64,000 nucleotides of DNA from an uncultured Pseudomonadota bacterium. GTDB lineage: Bacteria > Pseudomonadota > Gammaproteobacteria > Ga0077536. Positions 1 to 10,878 of this stretch are shown here, piece after piece. The position numbers and the translations under genes were made by a program. The DNA lies in the NCBI GenBank assembly GCA_903825645.1, contig CAIKBL010000042.1, forward strand, positions 117,289 through 181,288, given 5' to 3'. The first letter of the stretch is position 1, and each line of letters starts with the position of its first letter. The notes beneath the pieces were generated by a model that did not search any database, was not told where the DNA came from, and saw only the letters and a list, made by a program, of their open reading frames with translations.

Positions 1-32
1 AGGCCCACGGTTCGCCGCGCGACCGTGGGTGG

Positions 33-1232
33 CTACGGGCTGGTCCGCCAGCGCAGCCGAAGATCTTTCATCGTCCTTAACTGCCCGCTTTCATACAGGG
101 GCTGGGTATCGGGTTCCAGTTCGAATTCCGGGATCTGTCGCAGGAACTCTTCGATGGCGATGCGGATTTCCAGGCGCGCGAGGTGCTCGCCAAGACAGCG
201 ATGTGGGCCCACCCCGAAGGCGGTGTGGACCACTTCGTGGCGATGAACATCAAAATCCTGCGGGTTCGAACACACGTCAGGATCCCGCGAGGCCGCCGCG
301 TAGTTCAGCGCAATCCGATCGCCCGGCTTCAGGGTGATCGCGCCGACGACGACGTCCGCGCGCACCGAGCGCCCGACCGCCACTACGGGGGCATACAGCC
401 GTACGGTTTCCTCGACGGCTGTCGGCAGCGTGGCCGGCTCCTCGCGTAGCATACGCCGCAGGGCGGGGGCCTGGGCGAGCGCCAGAATGGCCCCCGACAT
501 GGCATGGGTGGTCGTCGCGAGCCCGCCAAACACCACATCGAGCGCGACGTGCACTTTGTCTGCCCACGAGCAGGGCTCACCCACCTCATTTTCCACGCCC
601 GCTAAGATCACATCCACCAAATCACCCCGCGGCGGCTGGGTCGCGCGATCTTCGAGAAAATGTTGGAGATAGGTATACACCCGGCCGAACGCCGGTGTCC
701 GCGCCGCCATGTCGCCGAAGGAATACACATCAATATCAGCGAAAAGGGTTGGCAGATCCGCAACCGGCACCGGCAGGATGTGCCTGAACAGGATAAGGCC
801 GGGTAATTGGGCGGCGAAGTCGGCGACATATTCGCACTGCCCGCGGGCGGCAAAACGGGTGATCAGCGCGCCCGCATATTGGCGCGCCGCGGCCTCAAGC
901 GGGGCCACGGCCTCCGCGCTGAAAAACGGGTTGAGCACCCGCCGCCAGTGGCTGTGGTAAGGCGGATCCAGATCTTCCGGCAGAATCTTGATGTTGCCTT
1001 CGGGCGGATTCAACATCCAGCCATCGGCGCTGCTGAACGTGCGCCAATCCTGCGCACAACGGCGCACGTCCTGATAGCGGTTGAACACCGTGTAACCCGC
1101 CCCCCTGTCGCTGTGCGCCACCGGACACTGGGCCACCAGGTGATCCATGACCGCCTCGAAGCGCTCGGCAAAAACAGGATCGTCAATATCGAACTGGGTA
1201 TGCAGGCGATTGAATTCGTCGGAATTTTTCAC
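33..1232 (-). CDS. cytochrome P450 monooxygenase
   Basis: 399-aa ORF. Heme-thiolate signature FGVGPHRCLG near the C-terminus. Full-length P450 architecture. Confidence 0.85.
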   Translation of the reverse strand: MKNSDEFNRLHTQFDIDDPVFAERFEAVMDHLVAQCPVAHSDRGAGYTVFNRYQDVRRCAQDWRTFSSADGWMLNPPEGNIKILPEDLDPPYHSHWRRVLNPFFSAEAVAPLEAAARQYAGALITRFAARGQCEYVADFAAQLPGLILFRHILPVPVADLPTLFADIDVYSFGDMAARTPAFGRVYTYLQHFLEDRATQPPRGDLVDVILAGVENEVGEPCSWADKVHVALDVVFGGLATTTHAMSGAILALAQAPALRRMLREEPATLPTAVEETVRLYAPVVAVGRSVRADVVVGAITLKPGDRIALNYAAASRDPDVCSNPQDFDVHRHEVVHTAFGVGPHRCLGEHLARLEIRIAIEEFLRQIPEFELEPDTQPLYESGQLRTMKDLRLRWRTSP

Positions 1233-1426
1233 ACATCACCTAAAAACATCGCGGCAAACAATGAAGCGGGCTTGCAGGCAGGTCTTTTACCGGTACCCGA
1301 AGGGTCCGGAATAGTGTCGCGCTCGCCGGCGCAATACAAGCGCAATTCACAGACGGCGCGCAAGAAGCCGGTTATCGGACGATGAATGAACGATAATGCG
1401 GAATATTCCTCACTGGCGCTGGCCCC

Positions 1427-2281
1427 ATGAAAACCCCCAGGGATCTTGAAGCATTAATCGAAGACGGTGTGATCGACGAAGTCTTGTGGCCGCTTAGAAG
1501 CGGCAAGGAAGCCGCGGTCTATGCCGTGCGGGTCGGCACCGAGGTGCGCTGCGCAAAGGTCTACAAGGACCTGGCGCAGCGCAGCTTCCAGGCGCGGGCC
1601 CAATATCAGGAAGGGCGTAAGACACGCGGATCCCGACAGGCCCGCAGCATGGGTAAGGCGTCCCGTTTCGGACGACGGGAGTCGGAGACGCAGTGGAAGA
1701 ACACCGAAGTCGATGCCTTATACCGGTTGGCCAAAGCCGGAGTCTGCGTGCCGACGCCGCACGGCTTTTTCAATGGGGTGCTGATTATGGCGCTCGTCAC
1801 GGACGCGGAAGGTCAGGCGGCCCCGCGATTGGGCGAAGTGGACCTCAGCGCGGAGGAGGCCCGGGACTTTCATCACCGCTTGATTGGGGATGTAGTGCGG
1901 ATGCTCGCCCTGGGTCTTATCCATGGCGACTTATCCGAATACAACGTACTGGTCGCGCCCGACGGCCCGGTGCTCATCGATTTTCCGCAGGTGGTGAATG
2001 CCGCTGGCAACAATGCGGCGCGCGCGCTTTTGCTGCGCGACGTCCATAACTTGCGCGACACGTTGGGACGCTTCGCCCCCGAACTCAATGACACCCATTA
2101 CGGCGAAGAAATGTGGGCGCTCTACGAGACAGGCGAATTGCGGGCGGACAGCGTCCTGACCGGTCAGTTTGTCTTTGACACCGAGCTGGCCGATGTGGAG
2201 ACGATCATGCTGTCAATTGAGGATGCCCGACAGGAGGCTGAAGCGCGAGAGCTCGGGCGTAGCGCCAGCGCCGGTGACTAA
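1427..2281 (+). CDS. RIO1-family serine protein kinase
   Basis: 284 aa. Catalytic loop LIHGDLSEYNVLV and metal-binding IDFPQVV segments characteristic of RIO kinases. Confidence 0.65.
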   Translation: MKTPRDLEALIEDGVIDEVLWPLRSGKEAAVYAVRVGTEVRCAKVYKDLAQRSFQARAQYQEGRKTRGSRQARSMGKASRFGRRESETQWKNTEVDALYRLAKAGVCVPTPHGFFNGVLIMALVTDAEGQAAPRLGEVDLSAEEARDFHHRLIGDVVRMLALGLIHGDLSEYNVLVAPDGPVLIDFPQVVNAAGNNAARALLLRDVHNLRDTLGRFAPELNDTHYGEEMWALYETGELRADSVLTGQFVFDTELADVETIMLSIEDARQEAEARELGRSASAGD

Positions 2282-3326
2282 CGTGTCCACACTCAGCACC
2301 CGTTTTACCACCCTGCTCGGCATCACCCATCCAGTGATGCAGGAAGGACTGGGGCCCTACAAGACCGTTCATCTGGCCGCCGCGGTCTCGAATGCCGGCG
2401 GACTCGGCACCGTGAGCATCCCGGGGATCAGCGAGGCACCGGCGGCGGGTGCGCGGAAATTGCGCGGTTACATCGAACAGGCCTGCGCGCTCACCGAGCG
2501 TCCCTTTGCCGTGAACATCCCGGTGGGCGCCGACAAACACGGCAATGTTCTGCCCTTCAGCGCGGCCTACGTCGGCGCCGTGGTTGAAGCCGTCCGCGAT
2601 CGGGAGATTGCCCGACGACTGCGGGTCATTACGACGTCAGCCGGTCCGCCGGCCGCCGCACGGCGCCTGATCGCCGATTCCGGCCTCGTGCATATCCACA
2701 AGGTGGGCGGGACACGCCAGGCTGTTCGCGCCGCCGCAGAGGGGGTCGATATGGTGATCGCCTCCGGCTACGAAGCCGGTGGTCATACCCACGCCCGCCC
2801 GGTCCACACCTTTGTGCTCGGCCCGAGTGTCTCCGAAGCGGTGCGTTGCCCCGTGATTTTGGCCGGCGGGATCCGCGACGGACGCGGCCTCGCCGCCGCG
2901 CTCGCCCTCGGTGCCGATGCCGTCGCCTTGGGAACGCGCTTTGTCGCCAGTCACGACAATCCGGATTGGCATCCCGCCTATGCAGAGCGCATCTTGCGGG
3001 CGCGCGAAGGCGAAGACATCGTGTTTCAGGCGCTCTATGGGCCTTCCCGTGCGCTGATGAGCGCCGCAATTGACGAGTTGGCCGCCATGGAGGCGACGGG
3101 GAGCTGGTCAGAGGAAGCCCTAACCCACTTCAAGGACGAACGCCTGATCGCCGCACAGCAAGCGGGTGACATGACAGGGGGGATCCTACCCTGTGGACAG
3201 ATTGCGGGTGCTCTGCAGGATCTCATCCACGTCGCCGAGTTCGTGCCCGGCATGGTGCGGGATGCGATCGCGGTGCTGGCACAGGTGCGCGCGCACATCG
3301 TCACTGTGAGCCCGTTGCCCGGATAG
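2282..3326 (+). CDS. nitronate monooxygenase (NMO, FMN-dependent 2-nitropropane dioxygenase family)
   Basis: ORF 2169..3326. Conserved NMO blocks GITHPVMQEGLGP, VIASGYEAGGHTH, PVILAGGIRDGRG. Start placed at the GTG just after the upstream stop; exact start uncertain. Confidence 0.75.
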
Positions 3327-3341
3327 CCGCGCGCCCTGACG

Positions 3342-4364
3342 CTAGCCGGCCGGATTGAACGCGGCCGCGGCGAAAACCTCAGCACCCCGCATAAATTCCG
3401 CAGCACTCGTGGCCTGCGGGCTGATGACGAGGGTATCGATGCCCTGTGCGTAGTGGGCGCGTAACTGGGCGTGGCAGTGGGCGACGGATCCAAACAGGAA
3501 AATACGGGACACCATCTCATCCGTGATGGCACGGGTGACGCGCGCCCGATCGCGCGCGGCATAGCCTGCCCGCACCTCGGCGACCGCCTCCGGGTAGCCC
3601 AGCTGTTCGATCATCGTCTGATAGACCGGTGCCGAGGCATAGAAGGCAAAATGTTGTCGGAAGAATTCACGTGCGTGGACTTCTTCTTCGGGACTGGAGA
3701 TCACGACCACCGCGCGACGTTTCACAATTTCGAGATCTTCCGCCCGACGCCCACGCCGCTTGGCCCCGAGATCAAGCTGCTCCATCGCCCAAGCCAGCCG
3801 ATCGAGGGGGGTGAAGTCATTGAGGACGACGCCATCGGCGACTTCACCGGCGAGTTGCAACATCTTCGGCCCCATCGCCCCCAGATGAATCGGTAAGGCG
3901 ACACCCGGCAGGGCCTGCAAACGAAAGCCCTCACTGCGGAGTAGCTCGCCTTTGAAATGCGTTTTTTCGCCGGCGAAAATCTGTCGCAGCAGGGCGACGT
4001 ACTCTCGCACGTGCGTCAATGGACGCTTGAAGGGTACGCCGTACCAGCGATCGACCATGTTGCTCGTGGACGAGCCCAGGCCAAGCACAAAACGGCCGGG
4101 CGCCTGCTCGGTAATCACACTGACGCCGGTAGCCAGCACCGCGGGGGGGCGATTGAACACCGGGACCACCCCGGTGCACAGCCGGATGCGGCGGGTCGAC
4201 ACCGCCAGCGCAGCCGCCAGCGAAATCGGATCTTGCATGCCCTCTGCATCCGGAAACCAGAGATCGTCAAAACCAGCGTCCTCCGCCCACCGGCCCCGGG
4301 CAAAACCCGCATCCAGACCGGGCACCGGCCACAGCATCAGACCAAGGCGTTTCGAGCGTGTCAT
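3342..4364 (-). CDS. LLM-class (luciferase-like) flavin-dependent oxidoreductase
   Basis: TIM-barrel luciferase-like N-terminus (GLMLWPVP...FDDLWFPD). About 340 aa. Start chosen at MTRSKRLGLML; the ORF extends to 4415. Confidence 0.75.
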   Translation of the reverse strand: MTRSKRLGLMLWPVPGLDAGFARGRWAEDAGFDDLWFPDAEGMQDPISLAAALAVSTRRIRLCTGVVPVFNRPPAVLATGVSVITEQAPGRFVLGLGSSTSNMVDRWYGVPFKRPLTHVREYVALLRQIFAGEKTHFKGELLRSEGFRLQALPGVALPIHLGAMGPKMLQLAGEVADGVVLNDFTPLDRLAWAMEQLDLGAKRRGRRAEDLEIVKRRAVVVISSPEEEVHAREFFRQHFAFYASAPVYQTMIEQLGYPEAVAEVRAGYAARDRARVTRAITDEMVSRIFLFGSVAHCHAQLRAHYAQGIDTLVISPQATSAAEFMRGAEVFAAAAFNPAG

Positions 4365-4431
4365 CAGGGACTCTCCCGTGGCGTGCACCGGCGCCCCTTG
4401 GCGCACCGCAGACATCGATTAAATTGAGATC

Positions 4432-5076
4432 TCAGACTACCCCAGCCGAGAATACCGACAAATCCTGCGGGCCACCGCGCTCGAGTGCCCGACGATAAGC
4501 CGGCCGCGCGCGAAGGCGCGCCAGATAGGCCTGTATGGCGGGCAACGCCTTCGTTCGACCCCGCGCCTCGCTGAATTCAAGCGACCAGCCGAGGTTGATA
4601 TCCGCCGCCGAAAAGCCGCTTGGCAGAAGGTAGGCCTGATCCGTTAACGCCGCTTCGACGTACTGATGGTTTTTGGTGATTTCGACCTCGAAGAAGCTCA
4701 TGAAAACGGCGTTGCCGCCGCCGGTCCAGGCGTAGATGAGATCAACGCCGAGCCCGGGGAACAAGGTTCCTTCCGAGAAGGCGAGCCATTGCAGATATTG
4801 GCCGTAATCGGGCGCGCTGGGCGCCCGGCTGAGGCGTCCACCGGCACACACCTGGCAGATGTATTCGATGATGGCATCGGTTTCGATGATCGTCTGCCCA
4901 TCGTGCTCAATGGTCGGCGCCTTGCCGAGGACATGCACGGCCCGCAGCGAATCCGGGGCCCGCAGTGTTTCCGCATCCCGCTGGTGGTGCACCAGCGTGT
5001 AATCGATACCGAGCTCTTCGCATAACCACACGATGCGTTGCGAACGGGAGTTATTGAGATGATGCACGGTCAGCAT
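4432..5076 (-). CDS. glutathione S-transferase
   Basis: 214 aa. Thioredoxin-like N-terminal GST domain (RSQRIVWLCEELGIDY) plus a C-terminal helical domain. Confidence 0.8.
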   Translation of the reverse strand: MLTVHHLNNSRSQRIVWLCEELGIDYTLVHHQRDAETLRAPDSLRAVHVLGKAPTIEHDGQTIIETDAIIEYICQVCAGGRLSRAPSAPDYGQYLQWLAFSEGTLFPGLGVDLIYAWTGGGNAVFMSFFEVEITKNHQYVEAALTDQAYLLPSGFSAADINLGWSLEFSEARGRTKALPAIQAYLARLRARPAYRRALERGGPQDLSVFSAGVV

Positions 5077-5105
5077 AATTTTTCCTCGAAAAAAATAAGG
5101 GTGCG

Positions 5106-6338
5106 CTAACGACGATGGGCTTTTAATTTGACCGGCAGATGTTTAAGTCCGCCGACGAACGTGGACTGCACCCGTTCGACGGGTCCGGAGATTTCGATGC
5201 CGTCATGGCGTGACAGCAGGGCTTCCAGGGCAAGCCGGATCTCCAGCTTGGCGAGCGGTCCGCCGAGACAAAAGTGCGGCCCCGCACCGAAACCCAGGTG
5301 AAGATTCGGATGCCGGGTCACATCAAAATCATAAGGCCGCGCGAACACTGCCGCGTCCCGGTTGGCCGACGGAAACCACAGCATGACCCGCTCGCCTTCG
5401 CGAATGCGTTGCCCCGCCAATTCGGTATCTGCGGTGGGCGTGCGCATCAGCGAGATGACCGGGTCCGACCAGCGGATAATTTCTTCTGCCGCGAGCCGCA
5501 GACGGCGCGGATCTTCCCGCAGCAGCGCCATTTGTGCCGGATGTTCCAGCAGCGCCAAGACGCCCCCAGAAAACGCATTGCGGGTGGTTTCAAAGCCGGC
5601 CAGGATAATCTGGGCCGCGTTGTGCGCCACCATCGAGGCGGGCAACGCCTGTGCCTCGAGGGTGGCATTGGCCAGCAGGGTGAGGGGATCCGAGCGCGGA
5701 CATCCCCGCCGCTCCGCGGCCCGCCGCAGGCCATAGGCATGGAGCTGCTCGAAGCCGTAACGCACGGTTTGTGCCACGGTGCCCTGCCGGTATTCGGGAT
5801 CGGTGCCTCCGATCGCCATTTTGCCCCAGACGAGCATGTCGTCCCAATCCTCCGCCGGCAATTCGAGGATGTCACAAATCACCGCCATCGGAATGCGCAC
5901 CGCGAGATCGGCGACCAAGTCGATTTCGCCATGAGCGGGGATGTCATCGAAGATTTTGCCGATGAGCGCCCGCGTCCGCGCCTCGCTACCGGCCAACGCC
6001 TTGGGCAGAAAAGGGGCCGAGATGACCTTGCGGACGGCCGTATGCCGGGGCGCATCAATCATGGCGACGTTCTGACCCACCCCCCAGGCCTCTGCCGCGA
6101 TCGCCGCCATCTCGGCGTCTATCACGGGCGCCACGCCTTCGCGTTCAGAACTGAACAGATTCGGCGCGTTCAGGATGGTTTTCAGATCCGCGTGGCGGAA
6201 GATGGACCAGTAACCTCGACCATCGGGGCTCTGCGTCCAGTGGATCGGATCTTCGGCGCGTAGGCGGTCAAACAACGCGTAATGCGCGCCGGTGGCAAAA
6301 AACGCCGGATCGTTCAGCTTCTCGTCGACGTTTATCAC
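5106..6338 (-). CDS. cytochrome P450 monooxygenase (paralogue A)
   Basis: 410 aa. FGAGPHFCLGGPLAKLE heme-binding loop. N-terminal 190 aa nearly colinear with the P450 at 40310..41563. Confidence 0.9.
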   Translation of the reverse strand: MINVDEKLNDPAFFATGAHYALFDRLRAEDPIHWTQSPDGRGYWSIFRHADLKTILNAPNLFSSEREGVAPVIDAEMAAIAAEAWGVGQNVAMIDAPRHTAVRKVISAPFLPKALAGSEARTRALIGKIFDDIPAHGEIDLVADLAVRIPMAVICDILELPAEDWDDMLVWGKMAIGGTDPEYRQGTVAQTVRYGFEQLHAYGLRRAAERRGCPRSDPLTLLANATLEAQALPASMVAHNAAQIILAGFETTRNAFSGGVLALLEHPAQMALLREDPRRLRLAAEEIIRWSDPVISLMRTPTADTELAGQRIREGERVMLWFPSANRDAAVFARPYDFDVTRHPNLHLGFGAGPHFCLGGPLAKLEIRLALEALLSRHDGIEISGPVERVQSTFVGGLKHLPVKLKAHRR

Positions 6339-6424
6339 GCACAGCTCCTCGCCCGGAATCGGGCCAATCCCCCCGGGTTCGCGGGAGTGCCGACTTGAAG
6401 GGCGAAACTAATAATCCCATACTC

Positions 6425-6444
6425 GATTTGTCCGAACAAGTTGA
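6425..6444. promoter_or_regulatory. GntR/FadR-type operator-like palindrome GATTTGTCCGAACAAGTTGA
   Basis: TTGTCCGAACAA near-palindrome (the core on which the GT-N-AC FadR/GntR-type consensus is read) in the divergent P450/GntR intergenic region. A near-identical site lies at 11218..11238. Confidence 0.45.
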
Positions 6445-6534
6445 CTTGTGGCGGACGTGATCCCGCCACGCGGGTGCGTGATGGGCGGCCTCGCGCCGCC
6501 CCCCTCTTCTCGTTGTTCGGACAGGAGCCTGCCC

Positions 6535-7323
6535 ATGTCGACGTCACCGCCGGCCGCGTCCATCACCACCCCAACACCGCGCCGGCGTGGCGCATCGAAA
6601 CACAGTACGGTGGCGGCGCAACTCCTCGAGCAGATCCGATCAGGGCATTTCCCACCTGGCGCACGCCTACCCTCGGAGCCTGACCTGTGTCGCCACTTTG
6701 GCGTAAGCCGACACACCGTCCGAAGCGCCTTACGTTCCCTCTATGAGAAGGGCCTTGTGCTGAGTCAGCAAGGCCGCGGAACCGTCGTCCAAACCGCCGC
6801 GGCGACGCCGCGCTATGCCTTCGCCTGTAACTCGGTTGACGATCTCCTCCAATATGCCGCAGCGGCCCCGCGCGAACTTCGCCAAACGAGTCGGCGCCAG
6901 GTCGATCCGGCGCTTGCCCAATGGCTGGGTTGCGGGCCGGGCGAGGACTGGTGGGAAATGCGGACCTGCCGGATCGAAAAACAAGGCCAGACGGTCATTG
7001 CGGCCTCCCGCATCTACGTGCCCGATCGCTTCGCGGAGGCCGTGGCCGAGCTCGCCACCAGTCCGTTGCCGCTGTTTGCTCTGATCGAACAACGCTACGG
7101 TCATCACATCGCACAGGTTCGGCAGAATTTTTCAGTGGCCCACGCGACCCCGGACGAAGCCACTGATCTCGGGCTGACGGTCGGCGCGGCAGTGATGTGC
7201 GTCGAACGCCGTTTCTTCGACGAGCGTGGCAGCCTGCTGGAAGTGTCCTGTTCGGTCCATCCGCCGCTCGGGTTTCGCTACGAAATGACCGTGCGCCAAA
7301 TCATCGGTCAGGGTAGCGCCTGA
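6535..7323 (+). CDS. GntR/HutC-family transcriptional regulator (wHTH plus UTRA effector domain)
   Basis: N-terminal GntR helix-turn-helix (PSEPDLCRHFGVSRHTVRSALRSL) followed by a UTRA-like C-terminal domain. Start set at MSTSPP within ORF 6448..7323. Confidence 0.75.
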   Translation: MSTSPPAASITTPTPRRRGASKHSTVAAQLLEQIRSGHFPPGARLPSEPDLCRHFGVSRHTVRSALRSLYEKGLVLSQQGRGTVVQTAAATPRYAFACNSVDDLLQYAAAAPRELRQTSRRQVDPALAQWLGCGPGEDWWEMRTCRIEKQGQTVIAASRIYVPDRFAEAVAELATSPLPLFALIEQRYGHHIAQVRQNFSVAHATPDEATDLGLTVGAAVMCVERRFFDERGSLLEVSCSVHPPLGFRYEMTVRQIIGQGSA

Positions 7324-7353
7324 GGCGCCACCCTGACGCTTTCCACGCCCCCA

Positions 7354-10300
7354 CTAGGCCTCGGCGGCGCGGGCTAACGCCTCGCCGAGATCGAGCGAAC
7401 CATAGCCCAACGTCCGCTCGAGATCGTGCCAGACCGGCAAGGCAGCCCGCAGGGCCGCCTGCTTCACATGACCAAAGCCCCGAATGCTGTCCACCACCTG
7501 CGCCAGACTGACCAGCTGGGAGTAGCTCGCTGGGGTCAGGTGTTGCAAGCCCATTTCAATCGACTGCCGGTAGGCTTCAATCAGACGCCGCTCCAACTTG
7601 CGCTCTGCCGTATAGCCGAAGGGATCGAAGGGTGTCCCCCGGAGACCTTTAAAGTGCTGTAACACCTGTAGCACCGGGCGCAACCAGGGGCCAAACGCCT
7701 GCTTCTGGGGCCGCCCCGCCGCATCGCGGCGCCCCAGTAGCGGGGGCGCAAGGTGAAAATTAAGCTTCGGGCTCCCCCCAAACGCGGTGTTCAGTTGCTG
7801 CTGAAAGGCCGGGAGGGAAAAAAGCCGCGCCACCTCATACTCATCCTTGTAGGCAAGCACCCGGTAGTACCCTTCCGCCACCGCCTGCGTCAGGGCATAG
7901 TCCTGCGCCGCGCTATCGCGCTGGCGCACCGTCTCCACCAATTGACGGAAGCGGTTGGCGTAACCCCGGTGCTGATAGGCGCAAAGCCGTGTCGCCAAGG
8001 CCTCCACGCGGTCTTGCAGCCGCGTCAGCGGATCGACCGCCGCGGCCGCCTCGGTCTCGGCGGTCACTGCGAGGGCGTCAACGCGCGCCACCGCGGCCCG
8101 ACGACCCAACGTAAAGGCCTGAATATTGTCCTTGACCGCCACACCATTCAGATCAATGGCCCGCAGCAAAGCGCGGGCACTGAGCGGAATGTGGCCGCGC
8201 TGAAAGGCAAACCCCAGCAGTAGCAGATTCCCGCTCTGGGTATTGCCCAGCAAAGATTCCGCCAGATCGGTGCTATCGAGCGCGGTATAGCGACCACTGA
8301 CTGCGGTGGTCAGCAAGTCGACGAGCTCAGCCCGGGGAAACGTCCATTCGCGATCCTGCGCAAAAGCCCCGGTCGGTTGCTCGAAGGTGTTGACCACCGC
8401 GACCGTGCGATCGGCATGGATGCGGGCGACGACTTCGGGATCGCCCGCCGTGATGAGATCATAGGCGAGCAACAGATCGGCTTCGCCGGCGGCGATACGC
8501 TGGCCGCGCAGATGGGTGTCATCATCGGCAATGCGGATGTGGGACATCACCGCGCCGTTCTTCTGGGACATGCCGGTCATATCGAGCACGCTGACTCGCT
8601 TGCCCTCCAGATGGGCCGCCATGCCGAGCAAGGCGCCGACGGTAATCACGCCGCTGCCGCCGACCCCGGTGACCAGGATATTGAAGGGGCGCGGGAGTGT
8701 CGGCACGGGCGGCTCTGGGAGCTCAATTTCCGCGCTCAGTACCGACACGTCGGCGCGCCGCCGCGCCGGGGTTTCGACCTCGACGGTCACAAAGCTAGGG
8801 CAAAATCCCTCGACGCAGGAAAGATCGCCATTACACGCATCCTGATCGATGGCCCGCTTACGTCCCAATGTCGTCTCGAGCGGCAGGATTGCCGTGCAGT
8901 TCGACGCCCGACCACAGTCCCCGCAGCCCTCGCAGATCTCGGGATTGATAAACACCCGGCGAGGCGCTTTAGGAAACTGTCCCTGTTTGCGTCGGCGCCG
9001 CTTCTCGGCCGCGCAGGTCTGATCGTAAACCAGCACGCTGACCCCGGGATAATCCCGCAAGGTCTGCTGCACCGCCTCGAGCTCGGTGCGGTCATGCACG
9101 GTCACCAGCGGGGCTGACATCGCCTGCGCACGGTGCGGCGCTGGGTTTTCGGCCACGACCGCGATTCGGCGCACCCCTTCGGCCGCCACCTGATGGACGA
9201 TGTCGCGCACCGATAGCGGGCCGTCAATCGGTTGTCCGCCCGTCATAGCGACCGCATCGTTGAATAGAATTTTGTAGGTAATGTTGACCCCGGCGGCGAC
9301 CGCCGCCCGGATCGCGAGACTCCCTGAATGGTAGTAAGTCCCGTCGCCGAGGTTCGCGAAGACATGCTCAAGCGTGGAGAAGGGAGCCTGTCCGATCCAG
9401 GTCACCCCTTCACCCCCCATCTGGGTCATGGTCCGGTTCGACTCAGGGAAGATGGCGGTCGCCATCACGTGGCAGCCAATCCCAGCCAGCGCAATGCTGC
9501 CCTCGGGTGTTCGCGTCGAACGGTTATGGGGACAGCCCGCGCAGTAGTAAGCGGATCGCGGCGGGGGCTTAAAGGTATGCACCAAGGCCGCCTCCTTGGC
9601 TTCCAGAAAATGGAGCCGGGCCGTGATGGCGTCACTGTGGTGAAAACGCTGTAGGCGATTGGCCAGCACCCGGGCTATCTGCGCAATCGAAAAATCGCCC
9701 TTCGCCGGCAGCAGCCATTCCCCACGGGGGGCCACCCACTCGCCGTGCTCGTCGAATTTTCCGATCACCCGCGGGCGCACATCGTCGCGCCAGTTGTAGA
9801 GCTGCTCTTTCAGTTGATATTCAATAAGCTGGCGTTTTTCCTCCACCACCACGATTTCTTCGAGTCCAGTGGCGAATTCACGGATGCTCTCCGCTTCCAG
9901 TGGCCAAGGCATCGAGACCTTGAACAGCCGAAGCCCGATCTGCTGGGCCGCGCGCTCGTCGATGCCGAGCTCTTCCAGTGCCTCGAGCACATCCACATAC
10001 GACTTGCCGGAGGCTACGACGCCGAGGCGGGCCGGCCGCGAATTCCACACAATCCGATTGAGATGATTCTCCCGGGCGTAGGCGAGCGCCGCATAGATTT
10101 TAAAATCCTGCATCAGCGCTTCCTGCTGGCGTGCCTGCCGCCCCAGGGGCTCGTTCGAGAGGCGCGCGTTCAGGCCTTGTGGCGGCAAATTCGGATAATC
10201 GGGGAACCGTGTCTCGACGAGGAAGGGATCCGCACTCACGCTCGCAGAGGACTCGACGGTATCGGCCAGCGCCTTGAACCCCACGGCACACCCGGAGAAG

Positions 10301-10878
10301 CGAGACATCGCCCAGGCATGCAGGCCGAGGGTCAGGTATTCGTGCACATCGCATGGATACAGCACCGGAATCATCGCAGCGGCGAACTGGTGATCGCTCT
10401 GGTGGGGCAGGGTCGAGGAGTAGGCCCCATGATCATCACCGGCCACGAGGATCACCCCGCCGTGGCGCGAGGTACCGGCATGATTCAGGTGTTTGAACAC
10501 ATCGCCGCAGCGATCAACGCCGGGCCCCTTGCCGTACCACAAAGCGAAAACGCCGTCATAACGGGCCGGTCCCAGCAGGGCGACTTGCTGGGTGCCCCAC
10601 ACGGCCGTCGCGGCAAGCTCTTCGTTCACGGCGGGCCAGAACTTGATGTGGTGCCGACCGAGATGGGGAGCGGCTTTCCAGGCGGCCTTGTCGAGCCCGC
10701 CGAGCGGTGAGCCGCGGTAGCCGGAAATAAAGCCGGCCGTATTGAGGCCGTCGGCGACGTCGCGCAGGCGCTGCAAGATCGGCAAGCGAATGAGCGCTTG
10801 CACGCCGCTGAGGTAAATTCTGCCCGCCGTTGCGGTGTACTTATCGTCAAGCGTCAGATGTGGGTCGATGACCGACAT
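7354..10878 (-). CDS. indolepyruvate ferredoxin oxidoreductase family protein (fused alpha/beta 2-oxoacid:ferredoxin oxidoreductase)
   Basis: 1174 aa. TPP/pyrimidine-binding N-terminal region, ferredoxin-like CxxCxxCxxxC (CEGCGDCGRASNC), C-terminal IorB-like region. Confidence 0.85.
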   Translation of the reverse strand: MSVIDPHLTLDDKYTATAGRIYLSGVQALIRLPILQRLRDVADGLNTAGFISGYRGSPLGGLDKAAWKAAPHLGRHHIKFWPAVNEELAATAVWGTQQVALLGPARYDGVFALWYGKGPGVDRCGDVFKHLNHAGTSRHGGVILVAGDDHGAYSSTLPHQSDHQFAAAMIPVLYPCDVHEYLTLGLHAWAMSRFSGCAVGFKALADTVESSASVSADPFLVETRFPDYPNLPPQGLNARLSNEPLGRQARQQEALMQDFKIYAALAYARENHLNRIVWNSRPARLGVVASGKSYVDVLEALEELGIDERAAQQIGLRLFKVSMPWPLEAESIREFATGLEEIVVVEEKRQLIEYQLKEQLYNWRDDVRPRVIGKFDEHGEWVAPRGEWLLPAKGDFSIAQIARVLANRLQRFHHSDAITARLHFLEAKEAALVHTFKPPPRSAYYCAGCPHNRSTRTPEGSIALAGIGCHVMATAIFPESNRTMTQMGGEGVTWIGQAPFSTLEHVFANLGDGTYYHSGSLAIRAAVAAGVNITYKILFNDAVAMTGGQPIDGPLSVRDIVHQVAAEGVRRIAVVAENPAPHRAQAMSAPLVTVHDRTELEAVQQTLRDYPGVSVLVYDQTCAAEKRRRRKQGQFPKAPRRVFINPEICEGCGDCGRASNCTAILPLETTLGRKRAIDQDACNGDLSCVEGFCPSFVTVEVETPARRRADVSVLSAEIELPEPPVPTLPRPFNILVTGVGGSGVITVGALLGMAAHLEGKRVSVLDMTGMSQKNGAVMSHIRIADDDTHLRGQRIAAGEADLLLAYDLITAGDPEVVARIHADRTVAVVNTFEQPTGAFAQDREWTFPRAELVDLLTTAVSGRYTALDSTDLAESLLGNTQSGNLLLLGFAFQRGHIPLSARALLRAIDLNGVAVKDNIQAFTLGRRAAVARVDALAVTAETEAAAAVDPLTRLQDRVEALATRLCAYQHRGYANRFRQLVETVRQRDSAAQDYALTQAVAEGYYRVLAYKDEYEVARLFSLPAFQQQLNTAFGGSPKLNFHLAPPLLGRRDAAGRPQKQAFGPWLRPVLQVLQHFKGLRGTPFDPFGYTAERKLERRLIEAYRQSIEMGLQHLTPASYSQLVSLAQVVDSIRGFGHVKQAALRAALPVWHDLERTLGYGSLDLGEALARAAEA

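Noticed and set aside
2629-3069. Antisense Arg-rich ORFs (e.g. 2629..3069, 12438..12689, 32743..33528) and many other 60-250-aa ORFs overlapping the annotated genes
   Set aside because: They have high Arg/Pro/Gly content and lie antisense to well-supported genes. This is the expected ORF noise in 65% GC DNA.
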